This document shows, one piece after another, positions 51,122-61,183 of a DNA stretch of 64,000 bases. The stretch is taken from positions 218,650-282,649 of the forward strand of contig CAVYQN010000001.1 of the NCBI GenBank assembly GCA_963770685.1. Direction: 5' to 3'. This DNA comes from Candidatus Krumholzibacteriia bacterium (GTDB lineage: Bacteria; Krumholzibacteriota; Krumholzibacteriia; Krumholzibacteriales; Krumholzibacteriaceae). A program made the translations under genes and the position numbers. Within the stretch, counting starts at the first letter, position 1; every line of letters starts with the position of its first letter. The notes beneath the pieces are model-generated. The model had not been told where the DNA came from, did not search any database, and worked only from the letters and a program-made list of their open reading frames with translations.

Positions 51122-51943
51122 TCACGGGATAAGATCGTTGGCCAATCCCTTCAGCTCCGCCTCGTCGAAGACGCTCGACGTTATTTCGAGGATCTCTTTA
51201 TAAACGGCGGGATTCCCGGCGACGATGTTCCCGGAGGAAAGAAACCCGTCCTGCCCGAAGAAATCGCTTACCACCCCCCCCGCTTCCCGGATTATCAACG
51301 CTCCAGCCGCCATGTCCCACGGTTTAAGGTGGAGCTCCCAGAAACCGTCGAGCCGCCCTGCAGCCACATGGCTGAGATCCAGGACCGCCGCTCCGGCGCG
51401 CCTTACCCCGCGGCATACCGGAAGGATCCGCTTGAAGGACTCCACGTAGATATCCAGATATTCCTGCGCCTTGAACGGAAACCCGGTGCCGATCAGCGCC
51501 TGCGACAGGCCCTCCGCCCCGGAAACGCGCATTCTCTCTCCGTTGCAAAAAGCCCCCCCTCCCCTGACCGCCTCGAAGAGTTCCTCGCGAAGAGGATCGT
51601 ATACTACGCCGAGCGACACCTCGCCTTTCTGAACCAGGGCTATGCTGATGCCGATAAAGGGATAGCCGTGTATGAAATTGGTCGTCCCGTCGAGGGGATC
51701 TATCACCCAGTACTCCTCTTCGCCGCCGCGCCTCGCGAACTCCTCGCCGAGCACCCCGGTTTTGGGGAAGGCCCTCATTAGCGTTCTCGTTATCATCTTC
51801 TCGCTCAGCCTGTCCGCCTGCGTGACGAAATCGTTCTTGTTCTTCTCCTCGATTTCCCCCGCCATCTCCCTGCCGAACGTCTCCCTGATGAAAGAACCCG
51901 CCGAGAGAACGGCTTCCCTTGCGACCTCGATCCTGCGCCTCAT
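51122..51943 (-). CDS. suhB: Inositol monophosphatase family protein (SuhB/IMPase)
   Basis: WVIDPLDGTTNF (metal-binding DPIDGT motif) and the WD-x-AAG C-terminal motif. Confidence 0.8.
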   Translation of the reverse strand: MRRRIEVAREAVLSAGSFIRETFGREMAGEIEEKNKNDFVTQADRLSEKMITRTLMRAFPKTGVLGEEFARRGGEEEYWVIDPLDGTTNFIHGYPFIGISIALVQKGEVSLGVVYDPLREELFEAVRGGGAFCNGERMRVSGAEGLSQALIGTGFPFKAQEYLDIYVESFKRILPVCRGVRRAGAAVLDLSHVAAGRLDGFWELHLKPWDMAAGALIIREAGGVVSDFFGQDGFLSSGNIVAGNPAVYKEILEITSSVFDEAELKGLANDLIP

Positions 51944-52905
51944 TTCGGTCCCCTTTCCGGAACGCACAACCTGTCGGGCAATTTAATCCCGAGCCCTTCA
52001 CGCATGACGGCGAGGAAAGCCCTCGCAGTCGAAGAAAGATACCTGCCGACCGGCACCATCAGCCCGAGCCTTCGCTCCATCTCCAGCCCCTTTATCTCGA
52101 GCCCCGCCACCCTGCCGCTTTTAATGTATTCGCTCACCGTCCACTCCGGGAGTATCGAAAGGCCGAGCCCCGAGGCGACAAGGTTGCGTATCGCTTCCTG
52201 GCTGTCTATCTCCATCGTTACCCTCAGGCTTACTCCCTTGTCGGCGAGCGCCTTCTCGACGATCTTCCTCGTCACCGATTCCTTCTGAAACGAAATGAAC
52301 GGGTACTCTCCGAGCATTGCCGGCCTGATCCCGCCGCGTCCCGCGAGAGGGTGGCCGGGCGGAGTTATGGCCACGAGACGTTCCCTGTACACGGGGAAGA
52401 TTTCGACATCGTCCAGTTCCTCCCCCGGGAAAAGATCCGCGGAACTGAGCCCGCCGGAATGCAGGGACCCGACCACCAGGTCGAGGCGCCCGCTCTTCAG
52501 CCCCTTCAGAAGCGGAAGTGTCGAGCTTATCTCGAGGCCCACTTCTATGCCCGGATAAAGCTCGTGGAATCTCGAGAAGATGCCGGGCAGCACATAAATG
52601 CTCGCCGCGTCGATCGTCCCCAGCGACAGCCTCCCCTTTCGAAGCCCCTGAAGATCGCCGAGCTCCCTCATCAGCTGACCCTCGAGGTCGATGTATCTCC
52701 TCGCGTATTCCAGAACCGTATTCCCCTCTTCGGTGAATCTGATCTCCCTGCCCTTCACCTCGAAAAGACGCCCCCCGAGCTCCTCCTGAAGTTTCCTCAG
52801 TTGAATCGAGACAGCCGGTTGCGTGACAAAATGCTCCCTTGCGGCAGCGGTGAACGATCCGCTGTCGGCAAGGCTGACCAGATATTTAAGGCTTCTTATT
52901 TCCAT
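51940..52905 (-). CDS. LysR-family transcriptional regulator
   Basis: N-terminal HTH LKYLVSLADSGSFTAAAREHFVTQPAVSIQLRKLQEELG, then a substrate-binding fold. Overlaps the suhB start by 4 nt. Confidence 0.85.
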   Translation of the reverse strand: MEIRSLKYLVSLADSGSFTAAAREHFVTQPAVSIQLRKLQEELGGRLFEVKGREIRFTEEGNTVLEYARRYIDLEGQLMRELGDLQGLRKGRLSLGTIDAASIYVLPGIFSRFHELYPGIEVGLEISSTLPLLKGLKSGRLDLVVGSLHSGGLSSADLFPGEELDDVEIFPVYRERLVAITPPGHPLAGRGGIRPAMLGEYPFISFQKESVTRKIVEKALADKGVSLRVTMEIDSQEAIRNLVASGLGLSILPEWTVSEYIKSGRVAGLEIKGLEMERRLGLMVPVGRYLSSTARAFLAVMREGLGIKLPDRLCVPERGPK

Positions 52906-52931
52906 AACTATTATTTATGTACTTTATTAAA

Positions 52932-52952
52932 ATAATAAATTTGATTTATTAT
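52932..52952. promoter_or_regulatory. Perfect 9-3-9 palindrome ATAATAAAT-ttg-ATTTATTAT (LysR T-N11-A-type operator candidate) in the divergent lysR/INO1 spacer
   Basis: Read directly in the sequence. It sits 27 nt upstream of the lysR ATG and about 118 nt upstream of the INO1 ATG, inside a 165-bp AT-rich spacer. Confidence 0.5.
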
Positions 52953-53069
52953 GTCAAGATGTTAATATCAATTATCGCGTAATCGTAACCGCCATGAAAT
53001 ACATGGAGTAAGGCGATCGGCCGACAACCGGCGACATTATTCAGAGGATTCATTTTCAAGGAGGCAACA

Positions 53070-54384
53070 ATGCAGGTTAAAAACAAGCCCGTGAAACCGA
53101 AGGGCAAGCTCGGCATCCTGACCCCCGGCATGGGGGCGGTCTCGACCACATTCATCGCGGGGGTCGAGGCGATCCGCCGCGGCAAGGCGAAACCAATAGG
53201 CTCCCTGACCCAGATGGGGACGATAAGGCTCGGCAAACGCACCGATAAAAAGTCCCCCATGATAAAGGAATTCATCCCGCTGGCCGAGCTGGACGACCTC
53301 GTGTTCGGCGGCTGGGATATCTTCGAGGACAACGTCTACACGGCGGCCACTCAAGGCCGGCGTGCTCGAAAAGGAATTGATCGAGGGGATCAGGCCTTTC
53401 CTTGAAGGCGTGAAACCGATGAAGGCCGTATTCGATCAGCGGTACGTGAAGAATCTTTCGGGCACGTGGGTCAAGAAGGGGAAGAACCTCTTCGATCTCG
53501 CCGGGCAGCTCATGGACGACATGAAGACCTTCAAGGAAAAGAACAAGTGCGACAGGCTGGTCATGGTGTGGTGCGCCAGCACGGAGATTTTCATCAAACC
53601 ATCCAGGGTCCACCAGAGCATCGAAGCTTTCGAGAAGGGCCTGAAGAAGAACGATCCCGAGATCGCCCCGAGCATGGTATACGCCTACGCGGCGCTCTCC
53701 CTCGGAATCCCCTTCGCGAACGGCGCCCCGAACCTCACCGTCGACATCCCGGCCCTGCTCGAGCTGGCCGACAAAAACAACGTCCCCGTATGCGGGAAGG
53801 ATTTCAAGACCGGCCAGACCCTGATGAAGACGATCATCGCCCCCGGCCTCAAGTCGAGGATGATCGGGCTAAACGGCTGGTTCTCGACAAATATCCTCGG
53901 CAACCGGGACGGAGAGGTCCTCGACGATCCCGAGTCCTTCAAGACGAAGGAAGAGAGCAAGCTGTCGGTCCTCGAGCATATCCTTCAGCCGGAGCTCTAT
54001 CCCGATCTCTACGACAATTTCTATCACAAGGTCCGGATCAACTATTACCCTCCGCGCGGCGACAACAAGGAAGGCTGGGACAACATCGACATCTTCGGAT
54101 GGCTCGGCTACCCGATGCAGATCAAGGTCGATTTCCTCTGCAGGGACAGCATCCTCGCCGCTCCGATCGTGCTCGACCTCGCCCTCTTCATGGACCTTGC
54201 CTCGCGCATAGGGTTCAAGGGGATCCAGGAATGGCTCTCGTTCTATTTCAAGAGCCCGCAGCACGCGCCCGGGCTCTATCCGGAGCACGACCTGTTCATC
54301 CAGCTCATGAAGCTCAAGAACACCCTGAGGTACATCCAGGGAGAGGACCTGATCACCCATCTGGGACAGGAATACTACGACTGA
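53070..54384 (+). CDS. myo-Inositol-1-phosphate synthase (inositol-3-phosphate synthase); frame break near 53340-53365
   Basis: AAGGAGG RBS. ORF 53070-53405 (GILTPGMGAVSTTFIAG...GSLTQMG NAD-binding N-terminus) and ORF 53362-54384 (...NGAPNLTVD...SKLSVLEHIL...) are joined at ...NVYTAA/KAGVLEKELIEG. Confidence 0.7.
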
Positions 54385-54473
54385 GGACGCAAAAGCGGGG
54401 GGCGATTCTTCGCCCCCCGCTTTCTTCACCGCGAGCCGCATCCATCACGATCGCCGGCCGAACGGCCTGCGGC

Positions 54474-55949
54474 CTATTCGCTCAAAGCCCTGTAGAAATA
54501 GCTCCCTCCCCTGTACAGAAGAAGGAGGACCTTGTCGCTCCTGCCCGCGTCGAGCACGCTCTTGAAATCCTCCAGATCGGCAATCTTCCTCCTGTTGACC
54601 TCGACAATCACGTCGCCGCGCGCAAGGCCCGCCTTGTTGGCGGGGGTGCGGCTGTCGACCTGGGTGATGATGACGCCCTTTATGCCGAGCGGAATCCGGA
54701 GGGCCTGGCGGTACTCGTCCGTCAGGGTCTCGAGCCCCACGCCGAGAAAGACCGGATTCTTGTCCTCGATCTCCTTCTCCGGCTCGGCCGGGCTGTCCTG
54801 CGGGCTCTCCCCCATCTTGATTTCGACCGTTCTCGGCTTGCCGTCGCGGATGATTTCGAGGGCGACCTTGCTTCCCGGCTCCGCCTCCGCGGCGTACCTG
54901 CGGAATTCATCGCTCTTCGAGATCTTCCTTCCGTCGAACTTCGTCACGACGTCTCCGCGCTCGATACCTGCCTTCTCGGCGGGGCTTCCCTCCGTGACTT
55001 CCGAAATCACAACCCCGCCGGCGTCCTTGAGGCTGAAGAACTCCGCCATATCGGGATTCACGTCCTGCGGCTTGACGCCGACGTATCCTCGAATGACCCT
55101 GCCGTGGGCGATCAGGTTATCCATGACATTTCTAGCGAGCTCTATCGGGATGGCGAATCCGATCCCCTGGTTGCCGCCCGAGCGGGAATAGATGGCCGTG
55201 TTTATCCCAACCAGTTCCCCCCTGGTGTTGATCAGAGCGCCGCCCGAGTTTCCCGGGTTTATCGCCGCGTCGGTCTGGATGAAATCCTCGTAATCCACGA
55301 GGTCGAGTGAACGCCCGAGCGCGCTCACGATCCCCCTTGTGACCGTCTGGCCCACCGCGTAGGGGTAGCCGATCGCGAGAACCGTCTGCCCGAGCCTCAA
55401 TTCCCCGGAATTCCCGAGGGCGACCGAAGGGAGATTCGCCGCGTCTATCTTCAGGACGGCGACGTCGCTTCTGGGATCGGTTCCTATGACCTTCGCGTCG
55501 AAACTTCTTTTATCGGGCAGAATAACCTCTATCTCGACGGCGTTCTGAACGAGATGGTTGTTGGTCAGCACGTAACCGTCGGCGCTAACGATAACCCCCG
55601 ATCCGAGGTACTGCTGTTCCCTTTCCCTCGGCACGTTGTAATGCCTGAAGAAATCGTCGAAAAAGCGCCTGAATGTGGGATCGTCCATCCAGGGCGAAGT
55701 TGCCTCTCCCTGCTTGACGACGGATTTGGACTGTATGTAGACGACCGCCGGCACGACCCGTTCCACCACGTCGGGAAGCGATTCCTCGACGTCGGCCTGG
55801 GCGGAAGCCTCGGACGTCGAGCCGCCCTGGCAAAGAACCGTGGACTTCCCGTCGAATAGAAGATCCTCCGCCATCATCCCGGCGAGAAACAGCCCCGCAA
55901 AAAAGGCGACGGTGAGAACCCAACTGGAATATTTCCTCATACCGCTCAT
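54474..55949 (-). CDS. degP: Periplasmic serine endoprotease DegP/HtrA (trypsin domain + 2 PDZ)
   Basis: ATG at 55949 after GGAGGTG. Catalytic triad regions TNNHLV, D...AVLKI and GNSGGAL. Two PDZ domains. Confidence 0.85.
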   Translation of the reverse strand: MSGMRKYSSWVLTVAFFAGLFLAGMMAEDLLFDGKSTVLCQGGSTSEASAQADVEESLPDVVERVVPAVVYIQSKSVVKQGEATSPWMDDPTFRRFFDDFFRHYNVPREREQQYLGSGVIVSADGYVLTNNHLVQNAVEIEVILPDKRSFDAKVIGTDPRSDVAVLKIDAANLPSVALGNSGELRLGQTVLAIGYPYAVGQTVTRGIVSALGRSLDLVDYEDFIQTDAAINPGNSGGALINTRGELVGINTAIYSRSGGNQGIGFAIPIELARNVMDNLIAHGRVIRGYVGVKPQDVNPDMAEFFSLKDAGGVVISEVTEGSPAEKAGIERGDVVTKFDGRKISKSDEFRRYAAEAEPGSKVALEIIRDGKPRTVEIKMGESPQDSPAEPEKEIEDKNPVFLGVGLETLTDEYRQALRIPLGIKGVIITQVDSRTPANKAGLARGDVIVEVNRRKIADLEDFKSVLDAGRSDKVLLLLYRGGSYFYRALSE

Positions 55950-56071
55950 TTTGCACCTCCTGTGACAGTTTCTTTTATCATGAATATTCATTTTGTACGG
56001 ATTTATACACGGGGCATCGATGCCGGGTTCCATCAATCGAAAGGATCGCCCTGCCGCGAGGCCGCGGATCG

Positions 56072-56344
56072 TCAGAACCTGACCTCGAATCCATCCTCGC
56101 CCGGCGTCGCCGGGATATCCTCCACCTCGACCCCCGAAACCATGGCCCGGGAGGGCCCGGTACGAACGCCGTTTATGAACGCTCCGACCTGCTCCGGGGC
56201 CCCCTGGGCCTCGGCCTCGACCCTGCCGTCCCTGGTGTTTATGACGAAACCGGTCAAGTTCAAAGTCCTTGCGAGATTCCTCGTAAAATATCTGAACCCA
56301 ACGCCCTGGACCATGCCGCTGACCGCGATACGCACTCGCCTCAA
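56072..56344 (-). CDS. acyP: Acylphosphatase
   Basis: 90 aa with VSGMVQGVGFRYFT. Confidence 0.75.
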   Translation of the reverse strand: MRRVRIAVSGMVQGVGFRYFTRNLARTLNLTGFVINTRDGRVEAEAQGAPEQVGAFINGVRTGPSRAMVSGVEVEDIPATPGEDGFEVRF

Positions 56345-56521
56345 GATCCACCGTCCTTCCGGGAAAAGGCGCGATTCGATCCTAGAACATGGCGGGCCGA
56401 TCTTCCAGATAATGTTTCATTACCATCCGGGGCTGTGTTATAATGCCCACGTAAGTCCGGGAATTGTCCACTACCTGTGAATACGCGCTCGCGGCCCCGG
56501 TCATCGAGCAAGCAATCTGAG

Positions 56522-59500
56522 ATGCATACACGACGAACTTCGCTTGCCCTTGCGATTCTGATTCTCGCCTCGAATGCAAGGTCCGGCACAATCGAGAAGA
56601 CTATTCGGTTCGACCCTCCCGTGCTAAGCAATTCCGGAGAGGGCCTGTTTTTACGTATGCCCGGATGCAGGACCATGGGGCATGCCGGGCAACCGGCCCT
56701 GCCCGTATATGCCGCCTGTTTCATGGTACCGGCAGGGGAGCAATTGCTATCGGTCGAGATACGCGGCGTCGATCCGGCGACGATCGACAACACGATCAGG
56801 GTTGCGCCGGCGCCGGGGCCCTTTCCTCCGGGAGCCGGGGATGCGGCGGCCCCAAGCGCCGATATCGAAACCTACCAGTCCTCCCTCCCGTTTCCCGCCG
56901 AGGACGGCGTTCTTTCCTCCGTTCAGAGTTTGTCGGGGGTCGGCCTCGCGTTCATAAACATTTATCCGTGCAAGGTGGTCCCGTCCACAGGGCGGATCAT
57001 CTGGTACCGGTCGGTGGCCGTGGTCCTTCATACCGGGCATACCGGGCCGTCCGCGGACGGAATGAACCCGATCCGCCCGGGCGGCGTCGACCGGTCTGTC
57101 ATCAGAATGATCGACAACCTGGAAAACCGGGAGACCGTCGCGGCCGACATTTACTCCGGTACTTTCGCCGACAGGGCGGACGCCGCTGGGCATATTCCCT
57201 ATGTCATAGTCACCAGCGCCGCGCTCGCCCCCCATTTCGAGCCTCTGGCAGGGCTGAAAAAAGCTTTCGGGCTCCGGACCAGGACCGTCACCGTCGACTC
57301 GATATCCGCCGCCTGCCCGGGGGTCGATCTGCAGGAGAAGATCAGGAATTTCATAAAAGACGCGCGAAGCCTCTGGGGAACGGAGTTCGTCCTGCTCGGT
57401 GGCGACGACGAGATAATCCCCCACAGGAGCCTTTACTCGAAGGTCGGGACCGAGATCGAACCGGACATCCCCTCCGACCTTTATTACGCCGCACTCGACG
57501 GCAACTGGAACACGGACGGGGACGCTTATTTCGGAGAGCCGGGTGAGGAGGACCTGATTCCCGAGATCCGGCTCGGAAGGCTGCCCGTGACCTCGGCCAT
57601 CCAGATCGATAATTTTTTCGCGAAGCTTCAGGCTTATTCGCTCTCGCCTCCCGTCGACGCCTGCTCGAGGGCGCTCATGGTGGGCGAACTTCTCTTCACC
57701 GGCGATTATCCGACCTGGGGGGGCGATTACAAGGACGAGATCGCCGCGGGGACGGACAACTATGGATTCACCACGGCCGGCATCCCGCCCGTCTTCGAGA
57801 TCTCGACCCTGTACGACAGGGACCTGCCGGCGGCCTGGACCGAGGCCGATCTTCTTCCCCTCCTGAACTCGGGGCAGAACCTGGTGAACCATCTGGGGCA
57901 CTCGAACCTGCATTCCGTGATGCGGATCCCGATATGGGACGTCGGCCTTCTAGCTAACACCGTTCCGGGAAATATGCCGTTCATCTGCTATTCGCAGGGG
58001 TGTTACGCGGCGGCTTTCGACAACCGCGACGACCAGGGGACCTTCTACGCAGACGACGCCATTGGGGAACAGCTCCTCACCGGGCCGGCCGGGGCGGTGG
58101 CCTTTATCGGCAACACGAGGCTCGGATGGAGCACGTACGGCAGCACTTCGAGCGTCTCGCAGTATTTCGACCGCCAGTTCTTCGACGCGGTCTTCGGCGA
58201 GGGGGCGGCGACGATCGGCGAGGCGTTCGACGATTCGCGCGTCGACAACATACCTTTCATCCCCTACGCGGCCTTCAGGTACGTCATGTACGAGATGTGC
58301 CTTCTCGGCGATCCGGCGATGCAGGTCTGGACCGGCCCGCCCTCGTATCTCGCGGTCGGGCACGACAGCATCCTTCACACCGGCGATCAATCCCTCAGGG
58401 TGGAGGTTTCGGGAGGCTCGGGGCCCGTCGAGGGCGCCAGAGTGTCGCTGTCGGGGGACAACCCCGTGATATACTGCACCGCGATGACAGACGAGAACGG
58501 CGTCGCGTACCTTTATCCCGGCGCCGGGAGCGAGGGCGCGGTCGCTCTTTCGGTGGCGGCGCCCGGCTTCTACCTTTATTCCGATTCGCTCCCGGTCGAG
58601 GAACAATCCGCGGCGAATCTGTATTTCGCCTGGTTTTCCATAGACGACGATCCTGAGGGCGGCACGATGGGGGATTCGGACGGGATCGTTGAGAGCGGCG
58701 AAACGATAGGGTTCGACATGGCGGTTCGAAATGACGGGGCCTCGACCGCCATCGATGTGTCCCTTACGGCCCGTTGCTCGGACCCTTTCGTGACGATACT
58801 CTCCGACACGTGCCGCATAGGCGACATGCCGAATAACACGACCCTGCTTCTGGATGACGCGGCGGTGATAAGAATTTCAGACGGCGCCCCCGACGGGCAT
58901 TCGTTCAACCTCGATTTCATCCTTTCCTGCGATGGGCAGACGTGGAGTGTGCGCCAGGCGATCAGCATCGACGCCCCGGGCGTCGCCCTGGCCTCCTGGT
59001 CGGTGAGCGACCTGCCGAACGGCAACGGGAACGGCTGCATCGAAGCCTGGGAGTACCTGAAAGTGCATTGTTCCTGGTTCAACAACGGGAGCTCGGACAT
59101 CATCAACCCGGTTATCTCGATACTGGCTCCGGAGGACGGCTGGAGCAGAGTCGTGAGGAAATACGAAGCGCTGCCAGACATCCCGGTCGGAGAAACCGTC
59201 TCCTCTTCGGGGGAGCTCGAGCTGTTCGTAAGGGAATTCACCCCTCCCTTCTCGGAGGTCGCCTTCTTCCTCACGCTCGAGGCCGACAATATCGCGGCCC
59301 GCCCGGAAACCCTCTCGTTCACGACGTGCGGGAGCGGATTGGAGGACGACGCGTCGGCGGAGGGCCCCTGGACCCACGGAGCCCTCACCGGATACGACGG
59401 ATGGCACGTCACCGGGGAGGACTTCCACTCCTCCCCGTCGAGCTGGAAGTGCGGCGGAGGCGAAGGCGAAATATACCCGAACATGATGAACGCCGTCCTT

Positions 59501-60184
59501 GTCACACCGCCGCTCTGCCTTTACGAGAACTCGGTTCTCACCTTCACGCACAGGATGCAGGCGGAGGCGACCTCCGTCTATCCATACTGGGCCGAGGACG
59601 CGGCGATCGTCGAGATCTCGACCAACGCCGGCGCAACGTGGACGGTCGTCTACCCGACGGTGACCTATCCTTGCAGGGCGAGCGCGGCGAACACGATCTC
59701 ATTCCCTTCGTACCAGAGATGTTATTCGGGAACGATAGGATGGAAATCCGAGACGTTCAACCTTTCGGCGTGGAAGGGGCCTGTTCTGATCCGTTTCCAT
59801 TTCGCGACGAATGAACAGATAGGTTTTTCAGGCTGGTTCATCGACGACATCTCGGTGACCACGGAGCAACTGACCGGGGACGGAGACGACCCGCCTTCGG
59901 CCGCGCAGGCGACGGCCCTTCGCGGCGCCTGGCCTAATCCCTTCAACCCGTCCACCAGCATTCAATACTGCGTATCGGGAACCTCGAGGGTGAAGATGAC
60001 CGTCTACGACGTGGCCGGCCGGCGCGTTCGGGCCCTTCTCGACAAGGTCCATGACGGCGGTTCCTACAGCGTTTCGTGGGATGGAAGGGACGATTCCGGA
60101 TGCCGCGTGGCGAGCGGCGTCTATTTCTGCCGTATGGATACGGGGCTCTATTCGGCTACAAAGCGCCTTGTTCTGCTGAAGTAA
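56522..60184 (+). CDS. Peptidase C25 (gingipain-like cysteine protease) family protein with T9SS C-terminal sorting domain
   Basis: Signal peptide MHTRRTSLALAILILASNA. C25 catalytic-domain layout (YVIVTSAALAPHFEPLA...FVLLGGDDEIIPHR...DLYYAALDGNWNTDGD, then NHLGHSN and YSQGCYAAAFD His/Cys candidates). C-terminus WPNPFNPSTSIQY...VYDVAGRRVRAL...WDGRDDSGCRVASGVYF is a Por_Secre_tail. Confidence 0.75.
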   Translation: MHTRRTSLALAILILASNARSGTIEKTIRFDPPVLSNSGEGLFLRMPGCRTMGHAGQPALPVYAACFMVPAGEQLLSVEIRGVDPATIDNTIRVAPAPGPFPPGAGDAAAPSADIETYQSSLPFPAEDGVLSSVQSLSGVGLAFINIYPCKVVPSTGRIIWYRSVAVVLHTGHTGPSADGMNPIRPGGVDRSVIRMIDNLENRETVAADIYSGTFADRADAAGHIPYVIVTSAALAPHFEPLAGLKKAFGLRTRTVTVDSISAACPGVDLQEKIRNFIKDARSLWGTEFVLLGGDDEIIPHRSLYSKVGTEIEPDIPSDLYYAALDGNWNTDGDAYFGEPGEEDLIPEIRLGRLPVTSAIQIDNFFAKLQAYSLSPPVDACSRALMVGELLFTGDYPTWGGDYKDEIAAGTDNYGFTTAGIPPVFEISTLYDRDLPAAWTEADLLPLLNSGQNLVNHLGHSNLHSVMRIPIWDVGLLANTVPGNMPFICYSQGCYAAAFDNRDDQGTFYADDAIGEQLLTGPAGAVAFIGNTRLGWSTYGSTSSVSQYFDRQFFDAVFGEGAATIGEAFDDSRVDNIPFIPYAAFRYVMYEMCLLGDPAMQVWTGPPSYLAVGHDSILHTGDQSLRVEVSGGSGPVEGARVSLSGDNPVIYCTAMTDENGVAYLYPGAGSEGAVALSVAAPGFYLYSDSLPVEEQSAANLYFAWFSIDDDPEGGTMGDSDGIVESGETIGFDMAVRNDGASTAIDVSLTARCSDPFVTILSDTCRIGDMPNNTTLLLDDAAVIRISDGAPDGHSFNLDFILSCDGQTWSVRQAISIDAPGVALASWSVSDLPNGNGNGCIEAWEYLKVHCSWFNNGSSDIINPVISILAPEDGWSRVVRKYEALPDIPVGETVSSSGELELFVREFTPPFSEVAFFLTLEADNIAARPETLSFTTCGSGLEDDASAEGPWTHGALTGYDGWHVTGEDFHSSPSSWKCGGGEGEIYPNMMNAVLVTPPLCLYENSVLTFTHRMQAEATSVYPYWAEDAAIVEISTNAGATWTVVYPTVTYPCRASAANTISFPSYQRCYSGTIGWKSETFNLSAWKGPVLIRFHFATNEQIGFSGWFIDDISVTTEQLTGDGDDPPSAAQATALRGAWPNPFNPSTSIQYCVSGTSRVKMTVYDVAGRRVRALLDKVHDGGSYSVSWDGRDDSGCRVASGVYFCRMDTGLYSATKRLVLLK

Positions 60185-60190
60185 CCCTGA

Positions 60191-61156
60191 CTATTTTCCA
60201 GCCCGACGCTTTCCAGGCCGCCGCGAATCGAGGAACTGGAAAAGCTCGTCCTTCACCCTCTCCGTTTCCGCGTATCCGATGTCAATTATCTCCCCTGCCC
60301 GGTCGAAATCGAAGGTCTGGAAGGCTCCGACTTCGGGATTGATCATGAAGTGCGGGCCCGTTTTCAACTCGGTCAGAGCCAGAATTCTCGCCGTCGCGAT
60401 CGCGAGGCTGTCGGTGAAGATATCCATGATGTTTCTTTTTCGCCGCCCCCTTTTCTCCTTTTCCACGAGAGCCTTCCACTTTCCTGGGCTGATGGAGGAT
60501 AAGAGCGGCTTCCCGGCAACGCTTTCCCTCATCCAGTCGTCCATCTTTTCGAGAAGGCCTATGCGCCCCGCATTGTGCGACATCCTTTCCGGGAAGACCG
60601 ACCTGGAGGCGTTGACGCCGATCACCTTCCCGGCGCCCAGTTCCTTCGCCAGGTTTATGGGAACCGGATTCAGGATCTCCCCGTCGACGAGGTGCCTTCC
60701 CATCGCCTTGACGGGCGGGAATATCCCAGGCATGCAGGCGGAAGCGCTCATCGCCTCGACAAGGTCCCCCTCCCGGAACACGAATTCGCGCCCCGTATCT
60801 ATGTCCGAGGCGACGCAGGCGAACGGTATCTCGAGATCCTCGATCTTTTTTTCTCCGAGATTCGTGCGCATGATCTTCTCTATCTTTTTCCACTCGAGGA
60901 TGCTCTTCCCGCCGAAGGATAACTTCACGACGCTCAAATAGTCCTTCCAGCCGAAGCTCGTCGCGATCTCCTTCATGAATTCGGGCGTGAATCCGGCGGC
61001 GAACGCCCCTCCGATAATCGAGCCGATCGAACTTCCCGAGACGCATTCTATCCTGACGTCGTGCTCCTTGAGCCAGAGCAGGACGCCGATGCTGCAGAGA
61101 CCCCTGGCTCCTCCCGATCCAAGGGCGAGCCCGGCGCTTCGTTTCTTCCTTGCCAT
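60191..61156 (-). CDS. Patatin-like phospholipase
   Basis: GLALGSGGARG oxyanion motif, GSSIG (GxSxG), and the DGE/DGG Asp region. Confidence 0.8.
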   Translation of the reverse strand: MARKKRSAGLALGSGGARGLCSIGVLLWLKEHDVRIECVSGSSIGSIIGGAFAAGFTPEFMKEIATSFGWKDYLSVVKLSFGGKSILEWKKIEKIMRTNLGEKKIEDLEIPFACVASDIDTGREFVFREGDLVEAMSASACMPGIFPPVKAMGRHLVDGEILNPVPINLAKELGAGKVIGVNASRSVFPERMSHNAGRIGLLEKMDDWMRESVAGKPLLSSISPGKWKALVEKEKRGRRKRNIMDIFTDSLAIATARILALTELKTGPHFMINPEVGAFQTFDFDRAGEIIDIGYAETERVKDELFQFLDSRRPGKRRAGK

Positions 61157-61183
61157 CTTATTCTCCTTTCGTCTCCCGGCCCG

